Source: an uncultured Planctomycetota bacterium (GTDB taxonomy: Bacteria; Planctomycetota; Planctomycetia; Isosphaerales; Isosphaeraceae). Taken from it: DNA of 64,000 nt. Under the pieces are notes generated by a model. That model did no database searches. It saw only the letters and a list, made by a program, of their open reading frames with translations, and was not told where the DNA came from. The translations under genes were made by a program, and so were the position numbers. Shown one piece after another: positions 1 through 8,600 of this stretch; within the stretch, counting starts at the first letter, position 1, and every line of letters starts with the position of its first letter. The stretch spans positions 640,001 through 704,000 of the forward strand of contig CAWGMQ010000007.1 in the NCBI GenBank assembly GCA_963823665.1, read 5' to 3'.

Positions 1-30
1 TGGCATGGATCACCTCCTGCCGAGATTATA
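1..30 (-). promoter_or_regulatory. -10 box, Shine-Dalgarno and start codon of a minus-strand gene that leaves the window
   Basis: Minus strand reads TATAAT (25-30), then AGGAGG, then ATG at 6-4. Confidence 0.55.
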
Positions 31-41
31 CTGCGCCGGGT

Positions 42-173
42 TCATTTCTTCTCCGTCGGCTTGCCTTCGGGATACTTCGCCCGTTCGGCCTGCCACTTTT
101 TGACTTCCTCGGGCTTGTTTGTGGCGGTGTATAGCTCGATCAGCGCATCAAGGGCTTCGGGAATACGGCGGTG
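42..173 (-). pseudogene. Orphan C-terminal remnant of a Ser/Thr kinase-TPR protein
   Basis: Translates to RRIPEALDALIELYTATNKPEEVKKWQAERAKYPEGKPTEKK*, a typical planctomycete kinase-TPR tail; in-frame TGA just upstream and no start codon. Confidence 0.6.
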
Positions 174-539
174 TCAGCCTTTGTTTTCGGTCGCTCAGTT
201 GAATAACGGATGGTAGCGAAGTCCCGATCAGAGGCGGGCTACAAGATCAGCGGGCGACGGAAGCACGGTCTCGAATTTTTGGCCCGTGAACGCGGACGAC
301 ATTCCAATCGCATGCTCGCGCCATTGAGTATCTCAAACCGGCGATGTTCATCATAAATATTTCGCCAATAAAAGTTCAGGCCGTCGATGTCGGAACAACT
401 CTGAGTCAAGACGTATTGTAATTCACCTGCGTCGCTGCCGGAATCCCGACCAATACCCGATCCGCCGCCGATCTTTAGTGCGAATGGGGCCGACGAGCGC
501 TCAGCTTCGTCTATCAAGGCTGATCGGCGCCTACTCGGG

Positions 540-659
540 GTTGTCCGGGCCTCGTAGCTCCGAGCAACGTTGAGTTCCTCGACGAGCGTGCAGTAGTTCA
601 GCACCGATCGCTTGGATCGGACCCGTACGATCATACGTCCAAGTCCCACCGCCCCGACT
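540..659 (+). repeat. Copy 1 of a 120-bp diverged direct repeat ending in a degenerate tRNA-Pro 3' end
   Basis: Ungapped alignment to 3000-3119, about 21 mismatches counted by eye; both copies end in CGCCCCGACT. Confidence 0.85.
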
Positions 660-670
660 CCGTGTAACAT

Positions 671-714
671 CAAATCCCGTCGTTGGTTGCGAATGCGACC
701 GGCGACGGGATTTG
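671..714. repeat. 20-bp hairpin built from tRNA T-arm-like sequence
   Basis: caaatcccgtcgttggttgc-gaat-gcgaccggcgacgggatttg pairs fully with G-U wobbles; 701-717 is the exact reverse complement of 3097-3113. Confidence 0.8.
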
Positions 715-843
715 AACTCTTGTTGGGGGTAGTTGTTCGAACGGCGGATTTCAAACTCTGCATGGAATCAGGTAAAATCTCGCCGTCTGAACCAATGTCG
801 ATACAGACCCCGGACGCGGTCAAAATGGCATGAAATAATCGAC

Positions 844-2091
844 ATGAACCTCAATGCCTCTGTAACAATACGCGACCAGATCGACGATCTCTACCGCTCC
901 GACTCGCGTCGCGTGTTCGCTTCACTCGTCCGATTGCTGAACGATTTTGATCTGGCGGACGATGCGATGCACGAGGCGTACGCAGCCGCCATGGAGACTT
1001 GGCAACGAGACGGAGTGCCGGCAAATCCGAGATCGTGGTTGATCTCCACGGGAAAATTCAAGGCGATCAATGCGCTTCGTCGGCAGGGCCGCCTGAAGGC
1101 ACTAGAGCCCGAAATCGCTTCGCGAGTAGACGAAGTGGCCGATGAAAATGCGGCCCGGGCCGCCACGGAGATCGAAGACGATCGATTGCGTCTGATCTTC
1201 ACCTGTTGTCATCCCGCCATCGACCCAAAGCTGCAGGTGCCGCTCACGCTTCGCGAGGTCTGCGGACTGACGACCGAGGAGATCGCCCACGCGTTCTTGA
1301 CTTCCAAGGCAACGATGGCCCAGCGAATCGTACGCGGCAAGGCCAAGATTCGTGATGAACAAATTCCCTATGTCGTTCCGTCTCTGGCGGACCTGCCCGA
1401 ACGGCTGGACGCGGTACTTTCCGCCATCTATTTGGTGTTTAACGAAGGATATGCGGCCTCGCAGGGCGGTTCGCTCTTACGGGTTGATTTAACAGCCGAG
1501 GCCATTCGGCTGGGCCGGTTACTTCTCGAGTTGCTTCCCGATCCGGAGGCCAAGGGGCTGCTGGCCTTGATGCTGCTCCACGAATCGCGCAGGCAAGCAC
1601 GTGTTTCCCAAGACGGTGAAATCATTCTGCTTGAAGAGCAAGACCGCTCCCGTTGGGACTATCAAATGATTTCCGAAGGCACGGCACTCGTGGAGCAAGC
1701 CCTTCGGTCGCGTCGATTTGGTGCGTACACGCTCCAGGCTGCCGTTTCGGTAATTCATGCCCAGGCCGGCACCGCCGCCCAGACGGACTGGAATCAGATT
1801 GTCGTGCTTTACTCCGCACTGCTGAGCATCGATTCATCGCCGGTCGTCGAACTCAATCGGGCCGTCGCGGTAGCGATGCGGGACGGACCGGAAGCGGGGC
1901 TGGTCCTGATCGATGCGATTCTAAAACGCGGGGACTTGGTGGACTATCACCGTGCCCACGCGGCCCGAGCGGAGCTGTGCCGGCGCTCCGGAAAATTGTC
2001 CGACGCGAAGAACTCGTATGAGCGAGCATTATCGTTGGCCCGGCAGGAACCCGAGCGGCGATTTTTGACTCGGCGACTGTCCGAAATCTAA
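844..2091 (+). CDS. ECF42-type sigma-70 factor with C-terminal TPR-like extension (DUF6596-type)
   Basis: Sigma2 LADDAMHEAY..W..DGVPANPRSWL; DDRLRLIFTCCHP; C-terminal SPVVELNRAVA and EPERRFL motifs; adjacent DGPF gene; start trimmed to ATG 844. Confidence 0.9.
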   Translation: MNLNASVTIRDQIDDLYRSDSRRVFASLVRLLNDFDLADDAMHEAYAAAMETWQRDGVPANPRSWLISTGKFKAINALRRQGRLKALEPEIASRVDEVADENAARAATEIEDDRLRLIFTCCHPAIDPKLQVPLTLREVCGLTTEEIAHAFLTSKATMAQRIVRGKAKIRDEQIPYVVPSLADLPERLDAVLSAIYLVFNEGYAASQGGSLLRVDLTAEAIRLGRLLLELLPDPEAKGLLALMLLHESRRQARVSQDGEIILLEEQDRSRWDYQMISEGTALVEQALRSRRFGAYTLQAAVSVIHAQAGTAAQTDWNQIVVLYSALLSIDSSPVVELNRAVAVAMRDGPEAGLVLIDAILKRGDLVDYHRAHAARAELCRRSGKLSDAKNSYERALSLARQEPERRFLTRRLSEI

Positions 2092-2158
2092 TTCTCGCCC
2101 GCAATTTATTCTGTGAAATGTAAAGGAAAAAGATTTCTGGCGAAATCTTGGGGACCGT

Positions 2159-2186
2159 TGTCGATTTGTGGAATTCTCGTTTGACT
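2159..2186 (+). promoter_or_regulatory. Putative ECF42-dependent promoter for the DGPF gene
   Basis: TGTCGA -35 (known ECF42 consensus), 16-17 nt spacer, then TGACT; a second TGTCGA at 796-801 precedes the sigma gene. Confidence 0.5.
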
Positions 2187-2254
2187 ACTGTGTGAAAGTC
2201 GGAAAATGATTGACTTCCATCGCATTCCCATCCACCAAGTTCAGGAGTTCCGTC

Positions 2255-2704
2255 ATGAAAGTCATGGTGATCGTCAAAGCGTCAAAGGCGTCAGAAGCGG
2301 GCGACATGGGGTCCCCCGAAATGTTCGCGGCCATGGACAAGTTCAACGAAGAATTGATCAATGCCGGAATCATGCTCGATGGTACGGGACTGACGCCAAC
2401 TTCTCGCGGCGCCCGTGTTCGGTTCTCCGGCTCAAATCGCACCGTCACCGACGGGCCATTCGCTGAGACGACGGAACTAATCGCCGGGTTCATGATCTGG
2501 AAGGTCTCTTCACTGCAAGAAGCGATTGACTGGGTGAAGAAATGCCCGAACCCGATGATTGAAGACTCCGAAATCGAAATTCGCCCGTTACTTGAACCTG
2601 ATGACTTCGCCGGGCTGGTCACCCCCGAGCGGCTGGAAGAAGTTAAAGAACTGGAAGCCCGCTCGGCGAATCGTGACGGTTACGGCTTGGCCCGTTTTAA
2701 ATAA
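2255..2704 (+). CDS. YciI/DGPF-family protein
   Basis: VTDGPFAETTELIAGF motif and SEIEIRP; AGGAG SD upstream of ATG 2255. Confidence 0.92.
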   Translation: MKVMVIVKASKASEAGDMGSPEMFAAMDKFNEELINAGIMLDGTGLTPTSRGARVRFSGSNRTVTDGPFAETTELIAGFMIWKVSSLQEAIDWVKKCPNPMIEDSEIEIRPLLEPDDFAGLVTPERLEEVKELEARSANRDGYGLARFK

Positions 2705-2771
2705 TGAATGAGAGCTTCGCAGCGTGAAGGCCGAGCGAATCCAGCAGGGCAGTCCTTGAACGGAGAGTCGC

Positions 2772-2903
2772 ATGAAATACGTCTGTTTAGGGTTCTTCGA
2801 CGAGGCGGCGTTTGCTCAGATTCCGCAGGCAGACGCGCAGAGAATAATGGAGGAATGCTTTGCCGGGGCGCGTCCATCGCTGGCTGGAACCGCGATTGAA
2901 TAA
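2772..2903 (+). pseudogene. Truncated second YciI/DGPF-family gene (43 aa)
   Basis: GGAGAG SD then MKYVCLGFFDEAAFAQIPQADAQRIMEECFA, a YciI-like N-terminus; similarity stops before the DGPF motif. Confidence 0.6.
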
Positions 2904-2999
2904 CGCGACCGCTCAAACACAAAACAAATGATAGCATCTTTGGCCAAATTCATTGATTGGTCAGTTCTCCAGGTGGTATACGCCATCGCGCTGAGAACT

Positions 3000-3119
3000 G
3001 TTGTCTGGACCTCGTAGCACCGAGCAACGTTGAATTCCTCGACGAGCGTGCAATAGTTCAGGAACGATCGTTTGGATCTGGTCCGTGAGGTCGTGGGTTC
3101 AAATCCCGTCGCCCCGACT
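3000..3119 (+). repeat. Copy 2 of the 120-bp direct repeat
   Basis: Offset 2460 bp from copy 1. Confidence 0.85.
3087..3119 (+). other. tRNA-Pro 3' half fragment (att-like site)
   Basis: GAGGTCGTGGGTTCAAATCCCGTCGCCCCGACT gives the T-arm with TTCAAAT loop, acceptor 3' strand CGCCCCG and discriminator A; no 5' half upstream. Confidence 0.8.
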
Positions 3120-3128
3120 TGAAATGCA

Positions 3129-3162
3129 AACAGCTCGCCACATTCATTTGTGGCGAGCTGTT
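3129..3162. terminator. Intrinsic terminator-like hairpin after the tRNA fragment
   Basis: aacagctcgccaca-ttcatt-tgtggcgagctgtt, perfect 14-bp stem followed by T-rich sequence. Confidence 0.75.
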
Positions 3163-3288
3163 AGTCTTTGGTTAGCTGCCGGTTGCGGCGTCCTGTCGGG
3201 TTATTCCGGGGGTTTCGAAAAATTGCGTCAACTTCGCCGTTCTCGATCATCGTCTTCGTTGACCCATTACCTGCCAACGACTTATCAA

Positions 3289-3308
3289 GTTCAAATCTCG
3301 TCGCCGCG
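3289..3308 (+). other. Degenerate tRNA 3' fragment (att-like)
   Basis: gttcaaatctcgtcgccgcg matches 3097-3116 at 18 of 20 positions. Confidence 0.6.
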
Positions 3309-3376
3309 TTTGCGCCGAAACCACATCGCTGACGTGACGGCTCTGACGTGTGTGCCGTGCGATCTGACTGCGCCGC

Positions 3377-5146
3377 TCATGCTGAGTCGCCACCGTGCCG
3401 GCGCAAAACCTCTGCCAGATCCCCGCGGCCCTTTTGCAGCATCTGGTCGGCGGGAGTGCGGCCTTCGTTGTCCTTGGCGCTCGTGTCGGCGCCGTGGGCG
3501 ATGAGAAGCTCGATGATCTGGGCGCCGTGCTGTGTGTCCCTGTACGGGTAGTGCAGGGGAGTGCGTCCGTCTTTGTCTCGGACGCGCACGCACTCAGGAT
3601 TCTCACGCAGCAACGCGCGGACTCGATCGAGTCCTCCGTACTTGACGGCGTCGCAGATCGGCGCGAACTGAAGCAGATACTCAACGACGTGCCGATGGCC
3701 CTTGTAGTTTGCGGTGCCCAGCGGCGGGGAGTCGTAGAAAGGGTTGCGGGCGTGCAGGTCCGCGCCGAGTTCGACGAGCAATTTGACGGTGTCCAGGTGA
3801 CCGCCACGAGCGGCGCACCACAACGGCGATTCACCGCCCGCCTTGCCGTTGACGCTGGCGCCCACTTCCACCAACGAGCGAACACTGTTCGCACAGCCTC
3901 CTTCGGCGAGCTCGGTGAGGAGTCCCTCCGCGTCCTTCAGGAGCGACGGATCGCTCGCGACGAGTACACGGACGCGATCCGCGTCGTCTCGGTAGCAGGC
4001 TATGTGAAATTCCTCCGTCTTACTGAGAGTGATCGCGATTCGCTTCGCTCCCTTGGCGACAAGATAGTCGGCGATTTGCTGATGACCGCCGTAGACGGCT
4101 TCCGCATACGGCGTTCGCCCGCGGTCTGGATGGTTAACGTCCACGCCGTTCTCGACGAGCAGTTTGACGCGGTCAAAATAGTTCGCGCCAACCGCCCAGC
4201 GCAACTGATAGGCGAGAATGTCCGCCGGGCTGCGCGCCGCATCGGCGTACGGCCAGTGCTGCCAGAACCGCTTGAACCATGGCCCGCCCTGATCCTTGCC
4301 CAGGCCATATTCGAAGAGCAGCTTCAAGTGGTCGTCGTTCGGTTGTTGCATGCGGTTGTAGAGTCCCTGGTTGTCGTTGGGGTCGGCGCCCGCTTCGAGC
4401 AGGAGCCGCGCGAACTCGACCCAGTGTTGATGCGGCGGCTGCCACAACGGCCCTTCGCCACGACCCGCGTCGTCCTCGCCCAGGCCGAGCACTCCCGAGA
4501 GCGCTGTAAGGACGTAGCCCCCCTCCCACAGGAAGCCCGCGTTCGGGTCGGCGCCATGCTCGATCAACAGCCGCCCTGCTTCTAACGTCGAGTGCCCTTC
4601 CGCTTCGCTGTCGAGTCGTGAGTACGCCGCGTATAGCAGCGGTTCCCAATCGAACGGCCCCCCTTTCGCATGCACGTCGGCCTTCTTCGCCAGGAAGTCG
4701 GCAACCGCCGCGACGTCGCCAACCGCCGCCGCGGTGTAAATGTTGGCCTTCGCGAGGTGCGGCTTTTCGGCGAAGAGCTGCCGCGCCCTCACACGCCGCG
4801 AAGGATGATCGTCGTCGAAATAAGTGATGCACGCCAGGCGCAGGAGCCTGTTCGCATCGTCAGCAGACTTTGGGTCGAGCGGGCGCCAGTAGGGCTGGAT
4901 CGTCTGGACGTAACTCTTCAGCTTCTGCCAGTTGGTGAAGCCGTAGCTTCTGGCGAGCACACGCTGCGCGTCATGCAGCGCGAACGCAGTCGGGTCGGGC
5001 GCCTGTTCGTGCCGCTGGACTTCGGCGACTGCGTTGGCGTCGCCGGCACGGTAGGCTTTGAGCAGCTCCTTCGCCTGGCGCTTGAACTGGTTGAAGTCCG
5101 GCCGGTAGGGCCACTGGCGATCGAAGGAGAAAGTCGAATCGGACAC
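3377..5146 (-). CDS. Ankyrin-repeat protein with conserved N-terminal KRQAKELL...HDAQRVLARSYGF..W..LK domain
   Basis: Multiple ankyrin motifs (LIEHGADPN, LVELGADLH, GRTPLH); strong AAAGGAGG SD before GTG. Confidence 0.9.
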   Translation of the reverse strand: MSDSTFSFDRQWPYRPDFNQFKRQAKELLKAYRAGDANAVAEVQRHEQAPDPTAFALHDAQRVLARSYGFTNWQKLKSYVQTIQPYWRPLDPKSADDANRLLRLACITYFDDDHPSRRVRARQLFAEKPHLAKANIYTAAAVGDVAAVADFLAKKADVHAKGGPFDWEPLLYAAYSRLDSEAEGHSTLEAGRLLIEHGADPNAGFLWEGGYVLTALSGVLGLGEDDAGRGEGPLWQPPHQHWVEFARLLLEAGADPNDNQGLYNRMQQPNDDHLKLLFEYGLGKDQGGPWFKRFWQHWPYADAARSPADILAYQLRWAVGANYFDRVKLLVENGVDVNHPDRGRTPYAEAVYGGHQQIADYLVAKGAKRIAITLSKTEEFHIACYRDDADRVRVLVASDPSLLKDAEGLLTELAEGGCANSVRSLVEVGASVNGKAGGESPLWCAARGGHLDTVKLLVELGADLHARNPFYDSPPLGTANYKGHRHVVEYLLQFAPICDAVKYGGLDRVRALLRENPECVRVRDKDGRTPLHYPYRDTQHGAQIIELLIAHGADTSAKDNEGRTPADQMLQKGRGDLAEVLRRHGGDSA

Positions 5147-5162
5147 AACGACCTCCTTTCAT

Positions 5163-5273
5163 GGCGCCCGGTGTCCGCGTCACGGGCTGAAAGAAGGTTC
5201 GTCAGCCGAAGTGCAGTCGCTTCGTCGATCGCAGTCGGGTGGACTCAGTCCTCTCCGCGGACACGGCAGCGCC
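5163..5273 (-). ncRNA. Candidate structured cis-regulatory 5' leader of the ankyrin gene
   Basis: Nested long-range stems GGCGC/GCGCC and GUGUCCGCG/CGCGGACAC plus inner GGCUGA/UCAGCC, lying between the promoter and the SD. Confidence 0.55.
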
Positions 5274-5290
5274 CCGATACGCTACCGAAC

Positions 5291-5319
5291 AGCTTACGTG
5301 TCTTGATGCCCCGGGTCAA
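5291..5319 (-). promoter_or_regulatory. Sigma70-type promoter for the ankyrin gene
   Basis: TTGACC (5319-5314), 17-nt spacer, TAAGCT (5296-5291). Confidence 0.65.
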
Positions 5320-5396
5320 TCGTCGCAAGTGCTTTGGCAGCGCAGATCAAGTCCGCTGGCAGCAGGTGACGCTGGCGAGAAAAAGTTCTAACGGTG

Positions 5397-5412
5397 TCCT
5401 GTCGCCCCGACT
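5397..5412 (+). other. Short tRNA-Pro 3' end fragment (att-like)
   Basis: TCCTGTCGCCCCGACT followed by a hairpin and T-tract. Confidence 0.55.
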
Positions 5413-5680
5413 ATCTTTTCGGCACAAGCCAATCGTCGTTTCGACGGCTGACTTTTTGCCTGGAATCACCGGCCTTTCACCCGGCAAGACGAGTTCAAAC
5501 GGCGTCCTGTTCTTTGAGGGTTACTGGAGCAAGATTGCCGCAAGTCGTTTCCCAACCTGGGATTTTCATGGTTCAAACGAGGGCTTCCCGATGACTTGGG
5601 AAGTCGGCTCCGATAGAATCAGCCTCGTTTCAATGGAATGGCGGAAATGACAGGCTTTCTTGCGGGAAACGACTGCCAAC

Positions 5681-8600
5681 GTGAACGACTCAAATCCTCA
5701 CGATGTGACGCAGGACCATCAGGGAAATCCGATCCAGAACGATGAAGGTTCGCCTGCCAAACATCCTCAGCGGATCGGTCGCTACCGTATCGAGACGGTG
5801 CTGGGCAAGGGGGGCTTCGGTCTCGTCTATCTGGCCCAGGACGAGCAACTGAATCGGCCGGTCGCCGTCAAGGTGCCGCACGCCAAGCTGATCTCGAAGC
5901 CCGAAGATGCCGAGGCATATCTGGCTGAGGCTCGCACGGTCGCCAATCTCGATCATCCCCACATTGTTGCAGTCTACGATGTCGGCAGCACAGTGGACTG
6001 TCCCTGCTACGTCGTTTCGAAATACATCCAAGGGACCGACCTCGCTACAAAGCTGAAGCAGCAGCGACTCCAGTACCGGGAAGCGGCTGAACTGGTCGCC
6101 ACCGTCGCTGACGCTCTGCACTACGCCCACAAGCAGGGACTCGTCCACAGAGATGTGAAGCCGGGCAACATCCTGATCGGCAACGACGGCAAGCCCTATG
6201 TCGTGGATTTTGGGCTGGCACTCCGAGAAGAAAACGTCGGCAAGGGACCGAAGTACGCCGGGACGCCGGCCTACATGAGTCCTGAACAGGCCCGTGGCGA
6301 AGGGCATCGGGTCGATGGCCGGTCAGACATTTTCAGTCTGGGCGTCGTGTTCTACGAGTTGTTGGCCGGTCGCCAGCCGTTCCGGGGTGACACGCAGGCA
6401 GAACTGCTGGAACAGGTGACGACTTACGAGCCACGTCCCCTTTTGCAATATGACGAAAAGCTACCGAAAGAACTGCAACGAATTTGCCTGAAGGCGATGT
6501 CCAAGCGAGCTTCGGAGCGTTACTCCTCGGCTCATGAATTGGCCGAAGACCTGCGGCACTTCTTGCATGAACAAACAGTCATCCAGAGTGGCACGCTTCC
6601 AGGTGGGATTGCCGGGGTGGCTTCGGAGACGTCCGCTTTGCAAGCTGCGTCCACATCGGTTGGTTCGATGGCGGTATCCCGTGCCTTGACGGGAACAGGG
6701 TCATCCGACATCCAGCCCATCAAGATCGTGCCGAAAGGCTTGCGGTCGTTTGACGCTCACGACGCCGACTTCTTTTTGGAACTTCTCCCCGGTCCCCGTG
6801 ATCGTGAGGGACTGCCGGACAGTCTGCGGTTCTGGAAGACCCGCATCGAAGAAACCGACGCTGACAACACCTTCACGGTGGGGTTGATCTACGGGCCGTC
6901 GGGCTGTGGCAAGTCGTCGCTGGTCAAAGCAGGACTGTTGCCTCGGCTGTCGGAAGACGTGATCGCCGTTTACATCGAGGCTACACCGGAAGAAACCGAA
7001 ACTCGCCTGCTGCATGGCTTGCGAAAGCGATGTCCCGCTCTGGAAGACAACCTGAGCCTCAAAGCAACACTGGCGGCATTGCGGCGAGGGCAAGGCATCC
7101 CGGTTGGCAAGAAGGTGCTGATCGTTCTGGATCAGTTCGAGCAATGGCTGCACGCCAGGAAGGAAGAAGAAAACACGGACTTGGTGCAAGCCCTGCGGCA
7201 GTGCGATGGCGGCCGGGTACAGTGCATCGTCATGGTGCGCGATGACTTCTGGATGGCGGCGACCCGTTTCATGCGGGAGTTGGAGATTCGACTTCTTGAA
7301 GGCCAGAACTCTGCGGCGGTCGATCTCTTCGACATGGATCACGCCCGGAAGGTATTGGCGGCTTTCGGGCGTGCCTTCGGCAAACTGCCAGAGAACGCCA
7401 GCGAAACAGAGAAGGAGCAAAAGGAGTTCCTTAAGCAGGCCGTGTCCGGCTTGGCTCAGGAAGGCAAAGTCATCTCCGTCCGGCTGGCCCTGTTTGCGGA
7501 GATGATGAAGGGCAAGGCATGGACCCCGGCCTCCTTGAAAGCCGTGGGTGGAACCGAAGGCGTCGGCATCACCTTCCTTGAGGAAACCTTCAGTGCAGCC
7601 ACGGCTCCTCCGGAACACCGCTACCACCAGAAAGCAGCCCGTGCCGACCTGAAAGTGCTGTTGCCGGAAACCGGCAGCGACATCAAGGGCCACATGCGCT
7701 CGTACGCCGAACTGCTGGAAGCAAGTGGCTACGGAAGTCGTCCCAGGGACTTCGATGACCTGATCCGCATTCTCGACAACGAAATTCGCCTCATCACGCC
7801 GACCGACCCCGAAGGCAAGGAGACAGGCGGCGACTCCGTTCTCCAGACGAAGCCGGGCCAGAAATACTACCAACTGACCCACGATTATCTGGTTCACTCG
7901 ATACGGGAGTGGCTGACGCGCAAGCAGAAAGAAACTCGGCGAGGCCGGGCGGAACTGCTGCTGGCGGATCGAGCGGCGGTATGGAATGCCCGCCCGGAGA
8001 ACCGGCAACTGCCGTCTCTGCTGCAATGGTTGCAAATCGGCTGGCTGACGCAGAAGAAGAACTGGACTTCGCCGCAGCGGAAGATGATGCGGCGGGCACG
8101 CTGGTATCATGTCGTGCGCGAGCTGGCTGCCGTCGCTATGCTGCTCATTCTGGTGGTGACGGGCCTGCTGGTTCGCAACAGCGTGGTCGAGCAGCAGAAG
8201 GCAACCCATGCCGAAGGTCTGGTGCATCGGCTACTCGATGCCGACATCGCCCAGGTGCCAGGGATCGTCTCGGAAATCGAGCCAAACCGACAATGGGCCG
8301 ACCGTCTGCTCCGGGATGAAAATGATAAGGCAGCCGCCAACTCCAGGGAGAAACTGCACGCCAGCCTCGCCTTGCTGCCCGTGGACCCCGGCCAGGTGGA
8401 CTATCTCTACGGTCGGCTGCTCGGCGCTGCTCCGAACGAAGTGCCGGTGATTCGAGATGCCCTGGCTCCGCACAAAGACGCCTTACTCGACAAACTGTGG
8501 GCCGTCGTGGAAACACTGGAGAAGGGCAAGGAATCGCAACGGCTGCGAGCGGCGGCGGCGTTGGCGAAGTACGACGCTGAGAGTGAAAAGTGGGCGACCG

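Noticed and set aside
7..18. GGATCACCTCCT, identical to the 16S rRNA 3' end
   Set aside because: It is the reverse complement of a strong SD before a minus-strand ATG; the flanks are not rRNA-like
239..823. 194-aa minus-strand ORF
   Set aside because: Crosses the hairpin and repeat and has no recognisable family; probably a composite of remnants
3040..3119. Complete tRNA gene
   Set aside because: No CGGGGCG 5' acceptor strand, D-arm or anticodon arm; only the 3' half is present
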